Shown: positions 20,246 to 29,303, numbered from the stretch's first letter. The stretch: DNA of 64,000 nt from Cellvibrionales bacterium (GCA_043585095.1 CP121321.1:3235481-3299480), one strand, 5' to 3'. Numbers and translations are program-made. Notes: generated by a model not told the origin, from the sequence alone.

Positions 20246-21382
20246 TCACCGCACAGCGTCAATAGCGGCCTCGATGATAGGAATCAACTCATCCCGTGCG
20301 CCGCCACTGCCAACGCTGCCTTGCACGCCGGTGTAGTCTTCAAAAAATACCACGCCGGCATAGCGACGACTGGTATCGATCCATGAAATCGAGCCGTAGA
20401 AACCGGCATCGGTAAACAGCGTCACAGGGCCTTCTCCTTCCCGTGGCTCAAGCCACCAGCCCATACCATAGCCACTGCCATCCGCGGGGTTCTGCGTGAG
20501 TGGCCGGCGCATGGATGCCACGCTTTCAGGGCTGAGTATGCGATTCTCGCCACACATGCCGTCGTTCAAGTGCAGAGACAATAGCTTGGCGTAGTCATCC
20601 AGATTACTCATCATCCCGCCTTCCTGATTTGGGTTGTCACGACCGATAAGGCTTTCAGGCATGCCATCCCACTCCACCGCCAGCGATAGATTATTGCCGT
20701 AGGTCGCAAAATCCATGTCACAGGGCTCTGCGATGTAGGCATCCCATAGTTGATTCCAGGTACCTCCACCAACAAGTTCCGCAACAGCGCCAGACAGAGC
20801 CCACTGGCTGCCACCGTAATCAAACGCGGTGCCTGGAGGCGTGCTTTCCAGGCCGGGTAACGGCGATGTGTAAATTGCCTCGGCGCAGGTCTGCAGGGTT
20901 CCGAAAGGAAGGAACTGGCAAAGATGCGGACCATAAGAGGCTTGATCGGCGAAGAAATTCAACAGCCCAGGGATACCGGAGCGGTTGGAGAGCAAATGCT
21001 CGGTATTAATGGCAGGATTCCAGACGCCCATCCAAGGCAGGTAGTTTGCAATCGGTGTATTGATATCGAAATCGACGTTGTCATCGTCGTCATGCAAGGC
21101 CATCAGCAGCGTTGCGGTGGGCACTTTACTGGTCGATGCCAGCAGCACCAGGCTGTCTTCAGTCTGATTACCGAAGGCGGCCTTATGAACGACGCCTAGC
21201 TCTTTATCCACAACAATGTAGGAGCCACCGGCGAAAGCATCTTCGTTGAGGACAAAGTCCGACATCCACGCATCCGCAGCGGTGAAATCGGGCAGCACCG
21301 GTTCCGGTATAAAGCTATTGTCTGAGTCACTACAGGCAACGATTAGTGGCAGGCACAGCCATGCCAGTAATTGATTTTTCAT
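20246..21382 (-). CDS. Serine hydrolase of the beta-lactamase/esterase (class C, PBP-like) family; predicted lipoprotein
   Basis: SxxK motif (ASTSKV). Lipobox IVAC with Cys17 when started at the Met at 21382 (MKNQLLAWLCLPLIVAC). The ORF-track start at 21454 is probably an over-extension. Confidence 0.8.
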   Translation of the reverse strand: MKNQLLAWLCLPLIVACSDSDNSFIPEPVLPDFTAADAWMSDFVLNEDAFAGGSYIVVDKELGVVHKAAFGNQTEDSLVLLASTSKVPTATLLMALHDDDDNVDFDINTPIANYLPWMGVWNPAINTEHLLSNRSGIPGLLNFFADQASYGPHLCQFLPFGTLQTCAEAIYTSPLPGLESTPPGTAFDYGGSQWALSGAVAELVGGGTWNQLWDAYIAEPCDMDFATYGNNLSLAVEWDGMPESLIGRDNPNQEGGMMSNLDDYAKLLSLHLNDGMCGENRILSPESVASMRRPLTQNPADGSGYGMGWWLEPREGEGPVTLFTDAGFYGSISWIDTSRRYAGVVFFEDYTGVQGSVGSGGARDELIPIIEAAIDAVR

Positions 21383-21549
21383 TAAGACCCCGGGCGTTAT
21401 TGTTATTATGCAGAAACGCAGCATCAGTATAGATTCCCTTAGACCTATATACAAACAAGAGCCATATTCAAATAAGAGCTACACACGCCAGCGACGAGCG
21501 CCCCGACGCTGAGTGGCCCAAGCCGCCAACGGTTATAGGAGAACAGACA

Positions 21550-22575
21550 GTGGCCAGCATACCCGCAGCCAGAATTCACGGCCCCAACGACGTTAGAATC
21601 GACCAGATAGCCATGCCTGAGACGGGCCCGGATGATCTTTTGGTAAAGGTCATGGCCTGCGGTATCTGCGGCTCTGATCTCAGCTACTTAAAAATAGGCG
21701 GCTTACCGGGGCCCCATTCGCCTATGCCTCTAGGCCATGAGTTTTCCGGCGAGGTTGCCGGCGTTGGCGACAACGTGAAGGGCTATGCGATCGGTGACCG
21801 CGTGACCATCAACCCAGAGGGCGCAGGCAACGCGATCGGCGGTGGTGGCTCACAAGGTGCATTCTCCCCTTATGTTTTAGTGGAAAACGTCACCCGGGAT
21901 CCCGATCTGGTCATCCGACTGCCGGCCAATCTGGACTACGAGCTATCCGCGCTGATCGAACCGCTAGCGGTCGGCATGAATGGCATACACCGTGCGGGAT
22001 TGCAGGCCGGTGACAAGGTGGTGGTGTTTGGATGCGGCCCGGTGGGTTTGAGCGCCGCGCTGCTTGCCAAGCATTTCGACGCCGACGTTGCAGTAGTCGA
22101 TCTATCTGAAAAGCGCCTGACCGTAGCCAGCGATCTTGGGCTGAAAACATTTTTGGCCGGCACCGAGAACACAATCGATGACTTTTTAAAATCCATTCAT
22201 GGCGGTTGTATCCTGGACGCCCGACTAGGTGAGCAACCGGCAACCGATGTCTATATCGAAGCCACCGGAGTGGCAGATGTTTTCCAGACGATTATGGGGA
22301 CGGCTCGCAAGAACGCTCGCATTGTTGTGATCGGGGTGCATTTCGCACCTGTGCAGTTAGACATGATTAACTTCTTAATGCGGCAGCTGACGCTCAGTTC
22401 GTCAATGGCCTACACCAACGAGACTTTCGCTGAAGTCTGCGCCCTATTGGAAGCCGAAGAGATCGACCCCAGCCCGCTGATCACGCACCGATTCCCGCTT
22501 ACGCAATTTAAGGATGCGATTCAACAAGCACAGCGGCAGGATGAGGCCATCAAAGTCATGGTGCGGTGCAACTAA
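21550..22575 (+). CDS. Zinc-dependent medium-chain alcohol/polyol dehydrogenase
   Basis: GTG start. CGICGSDL and GHEFSGEV zinc-ligand motifs and the Rossmann motif VFGCGPVG. Confidence 0.85.
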   Translation: MASIPAARIHGPNDVRIDQIAMPETGPDDLLVKVMACGICGSDLSYLKIGGLPGPHSPMPLGHEFSGEVAGVGDNVKGYAIGDRVTINPEGAGNAIGGGGSQGAFSPYVLVENVTRDPDLVIRLPANLDYELSALIEPLAVGMNGIHRAGLQAGDKVVVFGCGPVGLSAALLAKHFDADVAVVDLSEKRLTVASDLGLKTFLAGTENTIDDFLKSIHGGCILDARLGEQPATDVYIEATGVADVFQTIMGTARKNARIVVIGVHFAPVQLDMINFLMRQLTLSSSMAYTNETFAEVCALLEAEEIDPSPLITHRFPLTQFKDAIQQAQRQDEAIKVMVRCN

Positions 22576-22621
22576 GGGCACAGCAAGCCAACGCGCCGTT
22601 GCCGAGTCGTTCAGGGTCCGC

Positions 22622-23530
22622 TTAAGTCAGATCACCGAATGTCAGCAATGCCTCACGAGCAATAGGCTCACCCCACTCCTGCACAAAGTGGCCCCCGTCG
22701 GGAATCTGCATGAACTCGGGGCAGCCCTTGATGGTCTTGCGCAGATGCTCCATCACATCAGGGCCAAGTACGGGGTCTGCCATACCTACCGCCATAAAAC
22801 TCTCGCCCTGCCAGTCCTTCGCCCACCACTCCTTGGCTCGTTTTGATATCTCCACCCCTTCCATTTCGGGACTGACCATGACCATCTCAGGAAAACGCCG
22901 AACACCGGCCTTGTAGCTTACATCCGGGTAAGGCGCACCGTAGGCTGCAGCTTCGGCGTCAGACAGAATCGGACTAGCGCGCTGCATCAATGCGGCAACA
23001 TCCATATCCGGCTGGCTGGCGGAGTACGCTTTCCACGCATTGAATCCTTCGCCAGGGGATTGACCCGTTGCTATAGCGGTGTTCATAACGATAAGCCGCT
23101 TAAAGCGCTCTGGCATATCCTGCGGTATCGTCAGTCCCAGCAGACCGCCCCAGTCCTGGCATACCAGCGTGATGTTTTGCAGGTCGAAGCGTTCTATGAA
23201 CGCGATCATCATGTTGCGGTGGAAGTGGTAGGTATAAACGCGGTCCTCAACTGGCTTATCGGACTTCCCGAAACCCAACCAATCCGGCGCGATAACTCGC
23301 GCACCCGACTCCAAAAAGACCGGGATCATCTTGCGGTAGAGGTAGCTCCAGCTAGGCTGACCGTGCAGGCACAGGAAGGTGTGCTCCGCATCCTGCGCTC
23401 CCTCATCGAGGTAGTGCACCCGCAGCCCTTCATAGCCGGGCAAGTCGTCAACGTAATGTGGGGCAAAGTCATAGCCGGGCAAATCTGAAAAGCATTCATC
23501 CGGTGTTCTTTTCGCTTCGATAGAGGTCAT
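22622..23530 (-). CDS. Haloalkane dehalogenase, HLD-I subfamily (DhlA-like alpha/beta hydrolase)
   Basis: Collinear by eye with my recollection of Xanthobacter DhlA: RTPDECFSDLPGY, LCLHGQPSWSYLYRKMIPVF, nucleophile elbow CQDWGG, cap Trp in GFNAWK, acid in GMADPVLGPD, His in GGHFVQE. The Met at 23530 matches the DhlA N-terminus. Confidence 0.85.
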   Translation of the reverse strand: MTSIEAKRTPDECFSDLPGYDFAPHYVDDLPGYEGLRVHYLDEGAQDAEHTFLCLHGQPSWSYLYRKMIPVFLESGARVIAPDWLGFGKSDKPVEDRVYTYHFHRNMMIAFIERFDLQNITLVCQDWGGLLGLTIPQDMPERFKRLIVMNTAIATGQSPGEGFNAWKAYSASQPDMDVAALMQRASPILSDAEAAAYGAPYPDVSYKAGVRRFPEMVMVSPEMEGVEISKRAKEWWAKDWQGESFMAVGMADPVLGPDVMEHLRKTIKGCPEFMQIPDGGHFVQEWGEPIAREALLTFGDLT

Positions 23531-23632
23531 TGCGGGCTCCGTTTGTCTGTCTGGCTGAGCATTTTTAGGGCTAATTCCTTGTGCAAAATGGCGTGGTAAG
23601 CGGGCAGCCATGTCCCACGACGGGACTCAGCC

Positions 23633-24115
23633 ATGAAATTCTCACGTCAATTTGTTACGCTACAAACTATTATGTGTCGACAATTATTAACAGTTCGACT
23701 GGTTTGTGTAGTTTTCGTCTCCGCCTTGGCTGCCTGCGAACAGCAACAGCCACCTTCTGCAAGTTCCGGTACCCCGGTTAAAGAGCCCGGGGCCGACAAC
23801 ACCCTTGTATCAATAGCCCCTACATCCAAAGAGGCTTCTACAGTCGACCAGCCGGAGGCCACACCTGCCGCGGATACGGAGGGCGACAGAGAAGAAGTTA
23901 GGCTGTTAAAACTGGATATTCCAAAAGACATTCTGATCGGACAGGAGAGCACCGCGCTCCCGCAACAACCCAATCGGCTGCCTGATCTGTTTAACAGACC
24001 CGCGGGACCGCGTACTGCCGTATCCGGTAGGCTGCTGTTTCAAGAGGGCGAGCGGCCAGCGCCTAACTCCATGGACGGCGCCGAAATTACTATCGTGGTG
24101 CCACTGGAAAGCTAG
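23633..24115 (+). CDS. Hypothetical lipoprotein (Pro/Ser/Glu-rich linker, unknown C-terminal domain)
   Basis: Lipobox SALAAC. The true start is possibly the Met at 23672. No recognisable domain. Confidence 0.5.
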   Translation: MKFSRQFVTLQTIMCRQLLTVRLVCVVFVSALAACEQQQPPSASSGTPVKEPGADNTLVSIAPTSKEASTVDQPEATPAADTEGDREEVRLLKLDIPKDILIGQESTALPQQPNRLPDLFNRPAGPRTAVSGRLLFQEGERPAPNSMDGAEITIVVPLES

Positions 24116-24170
24116 GCCGAAATTCGCGCGGCTTTTTGCACCGAGTGCATATTTACCTTCGGCTTTATCG

Positions 24171-24926
24171 TCAAGGCTTTTTGAACACGAAGAAGAAGCG
24201 ATCGGTATTGCCCGTCACCGTTTTACGTCCCACCTCAAACTCCAGGGTGTCATCGGGCCGATAGAACATATCCGAGTACTTTTCGAGCTCGAAGCCAGCC
24301 GCCTGAACCTCGGTTAACACCAAAACCGGATCTTCACGTCGCCAGTTCTCCGGGGAGTCGGGCTGCATGTGCCGGCGCGTGTGATCGATAATGACAAAGG
24401 TCCCGCCGGACTTCAGTGCCTTGTAGACGGCTTTGTTAAATGCAGCACGGTCGTCCAAAGACAGGTTGTGGTAATTGCGGATATTGAGAAACATATCCAG
24501 CTTGTTGGATTCAAAGTCGATGGTATTAAACGTATACACGCCCTCATCATCGTCCCAGCCCATATCCATGCTCACTTTGCGAACCTTCGACATGGGCGCC
24601 GTTTCAATCACGTCATCCAGCTCGGCCAGCCATTCTTCCGCATAGCCTACGATCAGCTCGCCACGATCTTTGAGAACAGGCGCCAAGAGCTTGGTGTACC
24701 AGCCAGCACCCGGACCAAACTCGAATACGCGCATGTCGTCCTCAAGACCCATAAACTGAAGCGCTGCAATGGGAGCGCGATTCCGGTCCCGGGCGCGGTC
24801 CCGCTCCGTGCGGTAGTCAAGCTTCAAGGCGGTCTCTATCTTTTCAACTGTCCGGTCATCTGCCTGCACTGCACCAGATAGCGTAAGGGTTGTCGCGATA
24901 GACAAGGCTACAAAGACGTTTTTCAT
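24171..24926 (-). CDS. Class I SAM-dependent methyltransferase-fold protein with N-terminal signal peptide
   Basis: Signal peptide MKNVFVALSIATTLTLSGAVQA. Motif I-like VFEFGPGAGWYT, followed by a Rossmann-like fold pattern. Confidence 0.7.
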   Translation of the reverse strand: MKNVFVALSIATTLTLSGAVQADDRTVEKIETALKLDYRTERDRARDRNRAPIAALQFMGLEDDMRVFEFGPGAGWYTKLLAPVLKDRGELIVGYAEEWLAELDDVIETAPMSKVRKVSMDMGWDDDEGVYTFNTIDFESNKLDMFLNIRNYHNLSLDDRAAFNKAVYKALKSGGTFVIIDHTRRHMQPDSPENWRREDPVLVLTEVQAAGFELEKYSDMFYRPDDTLEFEVGRKTVTGNTDRFFFVFKKP

Positions 24927-25066
24927 AAGGACTCCGGGTGTTGGGAAATAGCAATCAAGGCACTGTCATTAGAGCATGGAATGTCGCTTGCGGAGCAAGA
25001 CTAGCCCCTGGCCGATCCGTTAGCTAACCCGATAAGCCTCGTATGGCGTGAGTCTAAAGGGAAGGC

Positions 25067-25095
25067 AAAAAAAAGCCCCGCTATCGCGAGGCTTT
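25067..25095 (-). terminator. Rho-independent terminator downstream of pntB
   Basis: On the minus strand, a GCCUCGC / GCGGGGC stem (one G-U pair) with a 4-nt loop is followed by 8 U (A-run at 25067-25074 on plus). A second small hairpin lies at about 25103-25116. Confidence 0.75.
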
Positions 25096-25134
25096 CTAGC
25101 TTCCCGCGTTCGCGGGAGGATAAAGTTGGCCAGC

Positions 25135-26490
25135 CTAGCCGCCAAACTCCTTAACGAGCCCTGAGATCGACTCTTTGGCGTCGCCGAACAACATCCGGGT
25201 GTTGTCCTTGAAGAACAATGGATTGTCGATGCCGGCAAAGCCAGAGGCCATGGAGCGCTTGAGAACAAACACCGTGCGGGCCTGATCCACGTTGATCACG
25301 GGCATGCCGTAAATCGGGCTGGATTCGACTTCGCGAGCAGCAGGGTTCACAACGTCGTTCGCGCCGATCACAATCGCCACGTCAACCGTTTCCATGCGCG
25401 GGTTGATCTCGTCCATTTCCAGCAGCAGATCGTAGGGAACGTCGGCCTCCGCCAGTAGTACGTTCATATGACCCGGCATCCGGCCCGCGACCGGGTGAAT
25501 GCCATAAATCACCTCTGCGCCATTCTTTTCGAGCTCAAGCTGCAGTTCTTTGACCACGTGCTGCGCCTGGGCAACCGCCATGCCGTAGCCAGGGATAACC
25601 GCAACAGTCGTTGCCGCTTCCAATACATAATAAGCATCTTCCGCCGAGATGGGCTTCACTTCGCCTTCGATCGCGACCGCAGGACCGCCTGCAGAACCAA
25701 AGCCTGAGAACAAAACGTTGGACAGCGAACGGTTCATAGCCTTACACATGATCTGCGTGAGGATGATGCCGCTGGCACCCACCAGTGAGCCCGCCACGAT
25801 CAGGATATTGTTATTGATCGCGAAGCCAGCCGCGCAGGCTGCCAAGCCTGAGTAGGAGTTCAGCAGGGAAATCACCACGGGCATGTCTGCACCGCCAATG
25901 GGAATTACCGCCATTACGCCAAATACTAGAGCCAATCCTACAACGATGTAGAGGTAGGTCGGATCCATGGGGTTGATGCAGAACATCACCGCGCTGCCGA
26001 GAATGCCAAGCACGATCAAACTGTTGACGATTTGCTGACCGGAAAACTGTACCGCACCGCTACCGATAGTCTCGCTGAGCTTACCGTAGGCCACCAGGCT
26101 TCCGGTGAAGGTCAAGCCGCCGATAAGGATAGACAGCACAACTGTGATCAATGTGAAGGTGCCTGCATCGGGGCTCAGCGCCGCCCAGCCAACCAGCAGG
26201 GATGCCATGCCACCAAAACCGTTGAACAGAGCCACCATTTCGGGCATGGAGGTCATCTGGACCAGCCTTGCCGCCGCGACACCGATCACGCTACCGACCG
26301 CTATACCGATAGCGATCCACTGGTACTCGACAATGCCTTGATCGAGCAAGGCAACCACCACGGCGATAAGCATGCCTATCGCTGAGATCATGTTGCCGCG
26401 ACGGGCTGTCGCAGGCGAGCCCAGCATCTTCAAGCCAAAAATGAACAGTGCGGCCGACGCCACATAGGCGAACTGAATTAAGGTATCCAT
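25135..26490 (-). CDS. pntB: NAD(P) transhydrogenase subunit beta
   Basis: Multi-TM N-terminal half and the dIII NADP(H)-binding domain (GYGMAVAQAQH..., GANDVVNPAA). Confidence 0.95.
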   Translation of the reverse strand: MDTLIQFAYVASAALFIFGLKMLGSPATARRGNMISAIGMLIAVVVALLDQGIVEYQWIAIGIAVGSVIGVAAARLVQMTSMPEMVALFNGFGGMASLLVGWAALSPDAGTFTLITVVLSILIGGLTFTGSLVAYGKLSETIGSGAVQFSGQQIVNSLIVLGILGSAVMFCINPMDPTYLYIVVGLALVFGVMAVIPIGGADMPVVISLLNSYSGLAACAAGFAINNNILIVAGSLVGASGIILTQIMCKAMNRSLSNVLFSGFGSAGGPAVAIEGEVKPISAEDAYYVLEAATTVAVIPGYGMAVAQAQHVVKELQLELEKNGAEVIYGIHPVAGRMPGHMNVLLAEADVPYDLLLEMDEINPRMETVDVAIVIGANDVVNPAAREVESSPIYGMPVINVDQARTVFVLKRSMASGFAGIDNPLFFKDNTRMLFGDAKESISGLVKEFGG

Positions 26491-26495
26491 CTCGA

Positions 26496-26783
26496 TCAGC
26501 CCTCCTTCTTCTTGAACATAGCGAGCATGCGATCTGTTACCAGATAACCGCCCACCACGTTGATTGACGCCAGCGCTACCGCGCCTGCGCCCAACCAGTT
26601 GGCCAGATCCTGATTGCCCGTGCCAGCCAGGCCTACTGCGCCGACTAGCGTGATACCAGAGATCGCGTTGGCACCTGACATCAGCGGCGTATGCAGCGTC
26701 GCAGGTACTTTGTTGATCAGCTCAAAGCCCAGAAAGATGGACAACATGAGGATGAACGTGAGGAATACTTCCGCAGGTACCAT
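26496..26783 (-). CDS. pntA: NAD(P) transhydrogenase subunit alpha part 2 (membrane dII piece)
   Basis: About 95-aa three-TM protein (LHTPLMSGANAISGI). The Met at 26783 lies immediately after the stop of the alpha-1 gene. Confidence 0.9.
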   Translation of the reverse strand: MVPAEVFLTFILMLSIFLGFELINKVPATLHTPLMSGANAISGITLVGAVGLAGTGNQDLANWLGAGAVALASINVVGGYLVTDRMLAMFKKKEG

Positions 26784-26784
26784 G

Positions 26785-27927
26785 TTATGCCTCTCCTTCC
26801 AGAATGTTTTTAATGGTTTCGTTAGTGATAGCGCCATCGTGGGTAATCACGCAGCCTTGGAGGATGTCGTCCTCGAAATCCACCTTGAAGGCCTTGCTCT
26901 CTTCGTCCCAGTTGTCGTCTACCAGATTGAACATATTTGAGGCGTACATCTGGCTGGCATCGCGAGCGACAAAGTTCGCCCAATTGCCGTCGCCGACGAC
27001 CGTTACACCGTTGATATTGACGGTTTTGCCTGGCTCTGAGCCTTCGACGTTGCCGCCCGTCTCTGCCGCCATATCGACCACAACCGCACCGGGACGCATG
27101 CGCTCAACCACGTCGCGCGTTACCAGCACGGGGGGCTTGCGACCAAATACCTGTGCCGTGGTAATCAATACATCAGAATCTGCAATCACGTCGGCCTGTG
27201 CCTGTTGCTGCATCTGGATCTGCTCTGGCGTCAACTCGCGCGCGTAACCGTCTTTGGTTTGGCCCGTTTCGCCCAGATCAATCTCCAGAAATTTACCGCC
27301 CAGTGATTCGACCTGCTCCTTTACTACGCTGCGGGTATCAAACGCGGTAACCCGGGCGCCCATGCGCTTGGCGGTAGCGATGGCCTGCAGGCCCGCAACG
27401 CCAGCACCAATAATGAACACTTTCGCAGGCTTCAGTGTGCCCGCAGGTGTCATCATCATCGGCATGATAGACGGCATACGCGTTGCTGCCAGAAGCACCA
27501 TTACATACCCGGCCAGGCTCGCCTGCGAGGACAAGGCATCCATTTTCTGGCTGCGGGTTGAGCGCGGGATCATTTCCATGGAAATCGCCGTCACCCCGTT
27601 AGCCTGGAAGGCTTTGACGAGATCGTGCTCATTAAAGGGGTCGAGGTAGCTGACGTGGATGCAGCCTTTCTTAAACTGGGTGATTTCCTCCAGTTCCGGC
27701 TTGCGAATCCGCAGAATCATATCGGCTGCGCCCAGCAAACCGGCTCGATCTGTACTGATCTGGCAACCCGCTTCCGTGTAGTCATCATCATGGTAGCCAG
27801 ACCCCAGCCCCATGCCGCTTTCTATCGTGACCTCTGCTCCCATACGACACAGCTTTTTAGCCACGTCAGGGATGATGGGAACCCGGTTTTCACCGGGGTG
27901 CGTCTCTTTCGGGATTGCTATGTGCAT
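26785..27927 (-). CDS. pntA: NAD(P) transhydrogenase subunit alpha part 1 (dI, NAD(H)-binding)
   Basis: MHIAIPKETHPGENRV N-terminus and the Rossmann motif IIGAGVAGLQAIATAKRMGA. The Met at 27927 is preferred over the ORF-track start. Confidence 0.93.
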   Translation of the reverse strand: MHIAIPKETHPGENRVPIIPDVAKKLCRMGAEVTIESGMGLGSGYHDDDYTEAGCQISTDRAGLLGAADMILRIRKPELEEITQFKKGCIHVSYLDPFNEHDLVKAFQANGVTAISMEMIPRSTRSQKMDALSSQASLAGYVMVLLAATRMPSIMPMMMTPAGTLKPAKVFIIGAGVAGLQAIATAKRMGARVTAFDTRSVVKEQVESLGGKFLEIDLGETGQTKDGYARELTPEQIQMQQQAQADVIADSDVLITTAQVFGRKPPVLVTRDVVERMRPGAVVVDMAAETGGNVEGSEPGKTVNINGVTVVGDGNWANFVARDASQMYASNMFNLVDDNWDEESKAFKVDFEDDILQGCVITHDGAITNETIKNILEGEA

Positions 27928-28172
27928 AGATGAACCCGTCCCCTGTTCCTTGTGAAGTATTGCTGAAAAAAAGACCGTGCAATTTAGCACAGACTGAATA
28001 ATCGTCTACAGCCCAGTAGCCCTGCGAGGTCCACTTATCCGAACCACTGCTATCCTAAGCTGTCAGCTTGTGGCAGCGTTTACTAATCGACTGCGCATGC
28101 GTAACAATGCGTTAGATCATGTGGCTTGCTGAACTTTATGCCACTCGCTGACCCATGCTACGTTGCTGACCC

Positions 28173-28619
28173 ATGCTAATAGTCCTGTTACTTACGCTCG
28201 CGCTAGTGGCGTCATGCGTCATCATTCATTACGAACTGCTGATCCGGCTCGACAGCATTGTTAAAGCCTTGAAGGTCGGTCCGCGGCAGGAAGTTGTGCT
28301 GGGCGTGATGTTGGCGCTAGCTGCCCACATCATAGAAATTTATATATTCGCCGCTGGCTACTACTTCGCACTGGACAACCCTGACATTGGTACCTTCACC
28401 GGCGAGGCCCCGATGGAGACCTTTTTCGACTGCGTCTACCTGTCTTTCGCTACCTATAGCACGCTAGGCTTTGGCGATATCGTGCCCAACGGGTGGGTGC
28501 GGTTCATGGTAGGGACTGAAGCGGTTACAGGGCTTGTCCAGATAGCGTGGACTGCCTCCTTCTTATATTTTCAAATGGAGAGCAAATGGGGCCACAACAG
28601 CCCCGATCGAGAATCTTAG
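28173..28619 (+). CDS. Minimal two-TM potassium-channel-like protein (pore-only, no RCK or ligand domain)
   Basis: Pore helix plus filter-like YSTLGFGDIVP between two TM helices. 148 aa. Confidence 0.65.
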   Translation: MLIVLLLTLALVASCVIIHYELLIRLDSIVKALKVGPRQEVVLGVMLALAAHIIEIYIFAAGYYFALDNPDIGTFTGEAPMETFFDCVYLSFATYSTLGFGDIVPNGWVRFMVGTEAVTGLVQIAWTASFLYFQMESKWGHNSPDRES

Positions 28620-29266
28620 CTCGCCTGCAGCTGAATAAACGGATTCAGCAAACGGTAATTCCAAGGTGTAAATTTAATAGGCGCATCCAATACGCCTATG
28701 CAGATGCAATCCGCTGTGCGCGACGCTGTTGGCGTGTGCACATCTGCTGCATCCCGAATTAAAAAGTCGCCTTGATGGTAAATGCCTTCTTCGTCTGAAA
28801 AACTGCCTTCCAATACCAGCGTGAGTTCGGTGCCACGGTGAGCGTGCCGAGGGATACTGCCCCCTGCCTTAATATGGTACAGCGCAAATTCGTTATCAGG
28901 ATCGCCGGTGCGAAGCCGCGAAATTTGCAGTGCAGAATTAATGCGCTGCCATTTCAGATCTTCATAGCTGCCGCTCATTAGCCGCTGTACGAGAACCGGG
29001 CCTTCACTGCGGGATGGCTTTGATACATACGTCAGGGGCGGCTCGTCTTCGAGATGATTTAGCAAATCGTCCAGCATGCTGTCGTCCACCTCCGCAGGCT
29101 CCAGGGCGTCGAACATTTCGGCACCGACCTGTGTCAGTGCACTAACCTGGCGCTGACAGTGATCGCAGAAGTGCAGGTGTACAGAGACACAGGCTGATTG
29201 CGCGAGCGGCAGGCTGCCGGACGCGAATTCGTTTAACACTCGAGTTTCAGGGTGATGAGTAACCAT
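28616..29266 (-). CDS. chrR: ChrR-family anti-sigma factor (ZAS N-domain plus cupin C-domain)
   Basis: Zinc anti-sigma motif HLHFCDHC (Hx3Cx2C) and a C-terminal cupin (IPRHAHRGTELTLVLEG). Immediately downstream of the ECF sigma gene. Confidence 0.88.
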   Translation of the reverse strand: MVTHHPETRVLNEFASGSLPLAQSACVSVHLHFCDHCQRQVSALTQVGAEMFDALEPAEVDDSMLDDLLNHLEDEPPLTYVSKPSRSEGPVLVQRLMSGSYEDLKWQRINSALQISRLRTGDPDNEFALYHIKAGGSIPRHAHRGTELTLVLEGSFSDEEGIYHQGDFLIRDAADVHTPTASRTADCICIGVLDAPIKFTPWNYRLLNPFIQLQAS

Positions 29267-29303
29267 GGCGTTATCGCTTCTCTATCAAGGCCGTCACGCT
29301 GAT

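Noticed and set aside
11000-24926. Whole accessory-looking stretch considered as a genomic island or mobile element.
   Set aside because: There is no integrase, transposase, tRNA attachment site, flanking direct repeats or obvious compositional break visible by eye. The genes point in mixed directions with independent terminators. It is treated as a patchwork of accessory metabolic genes.
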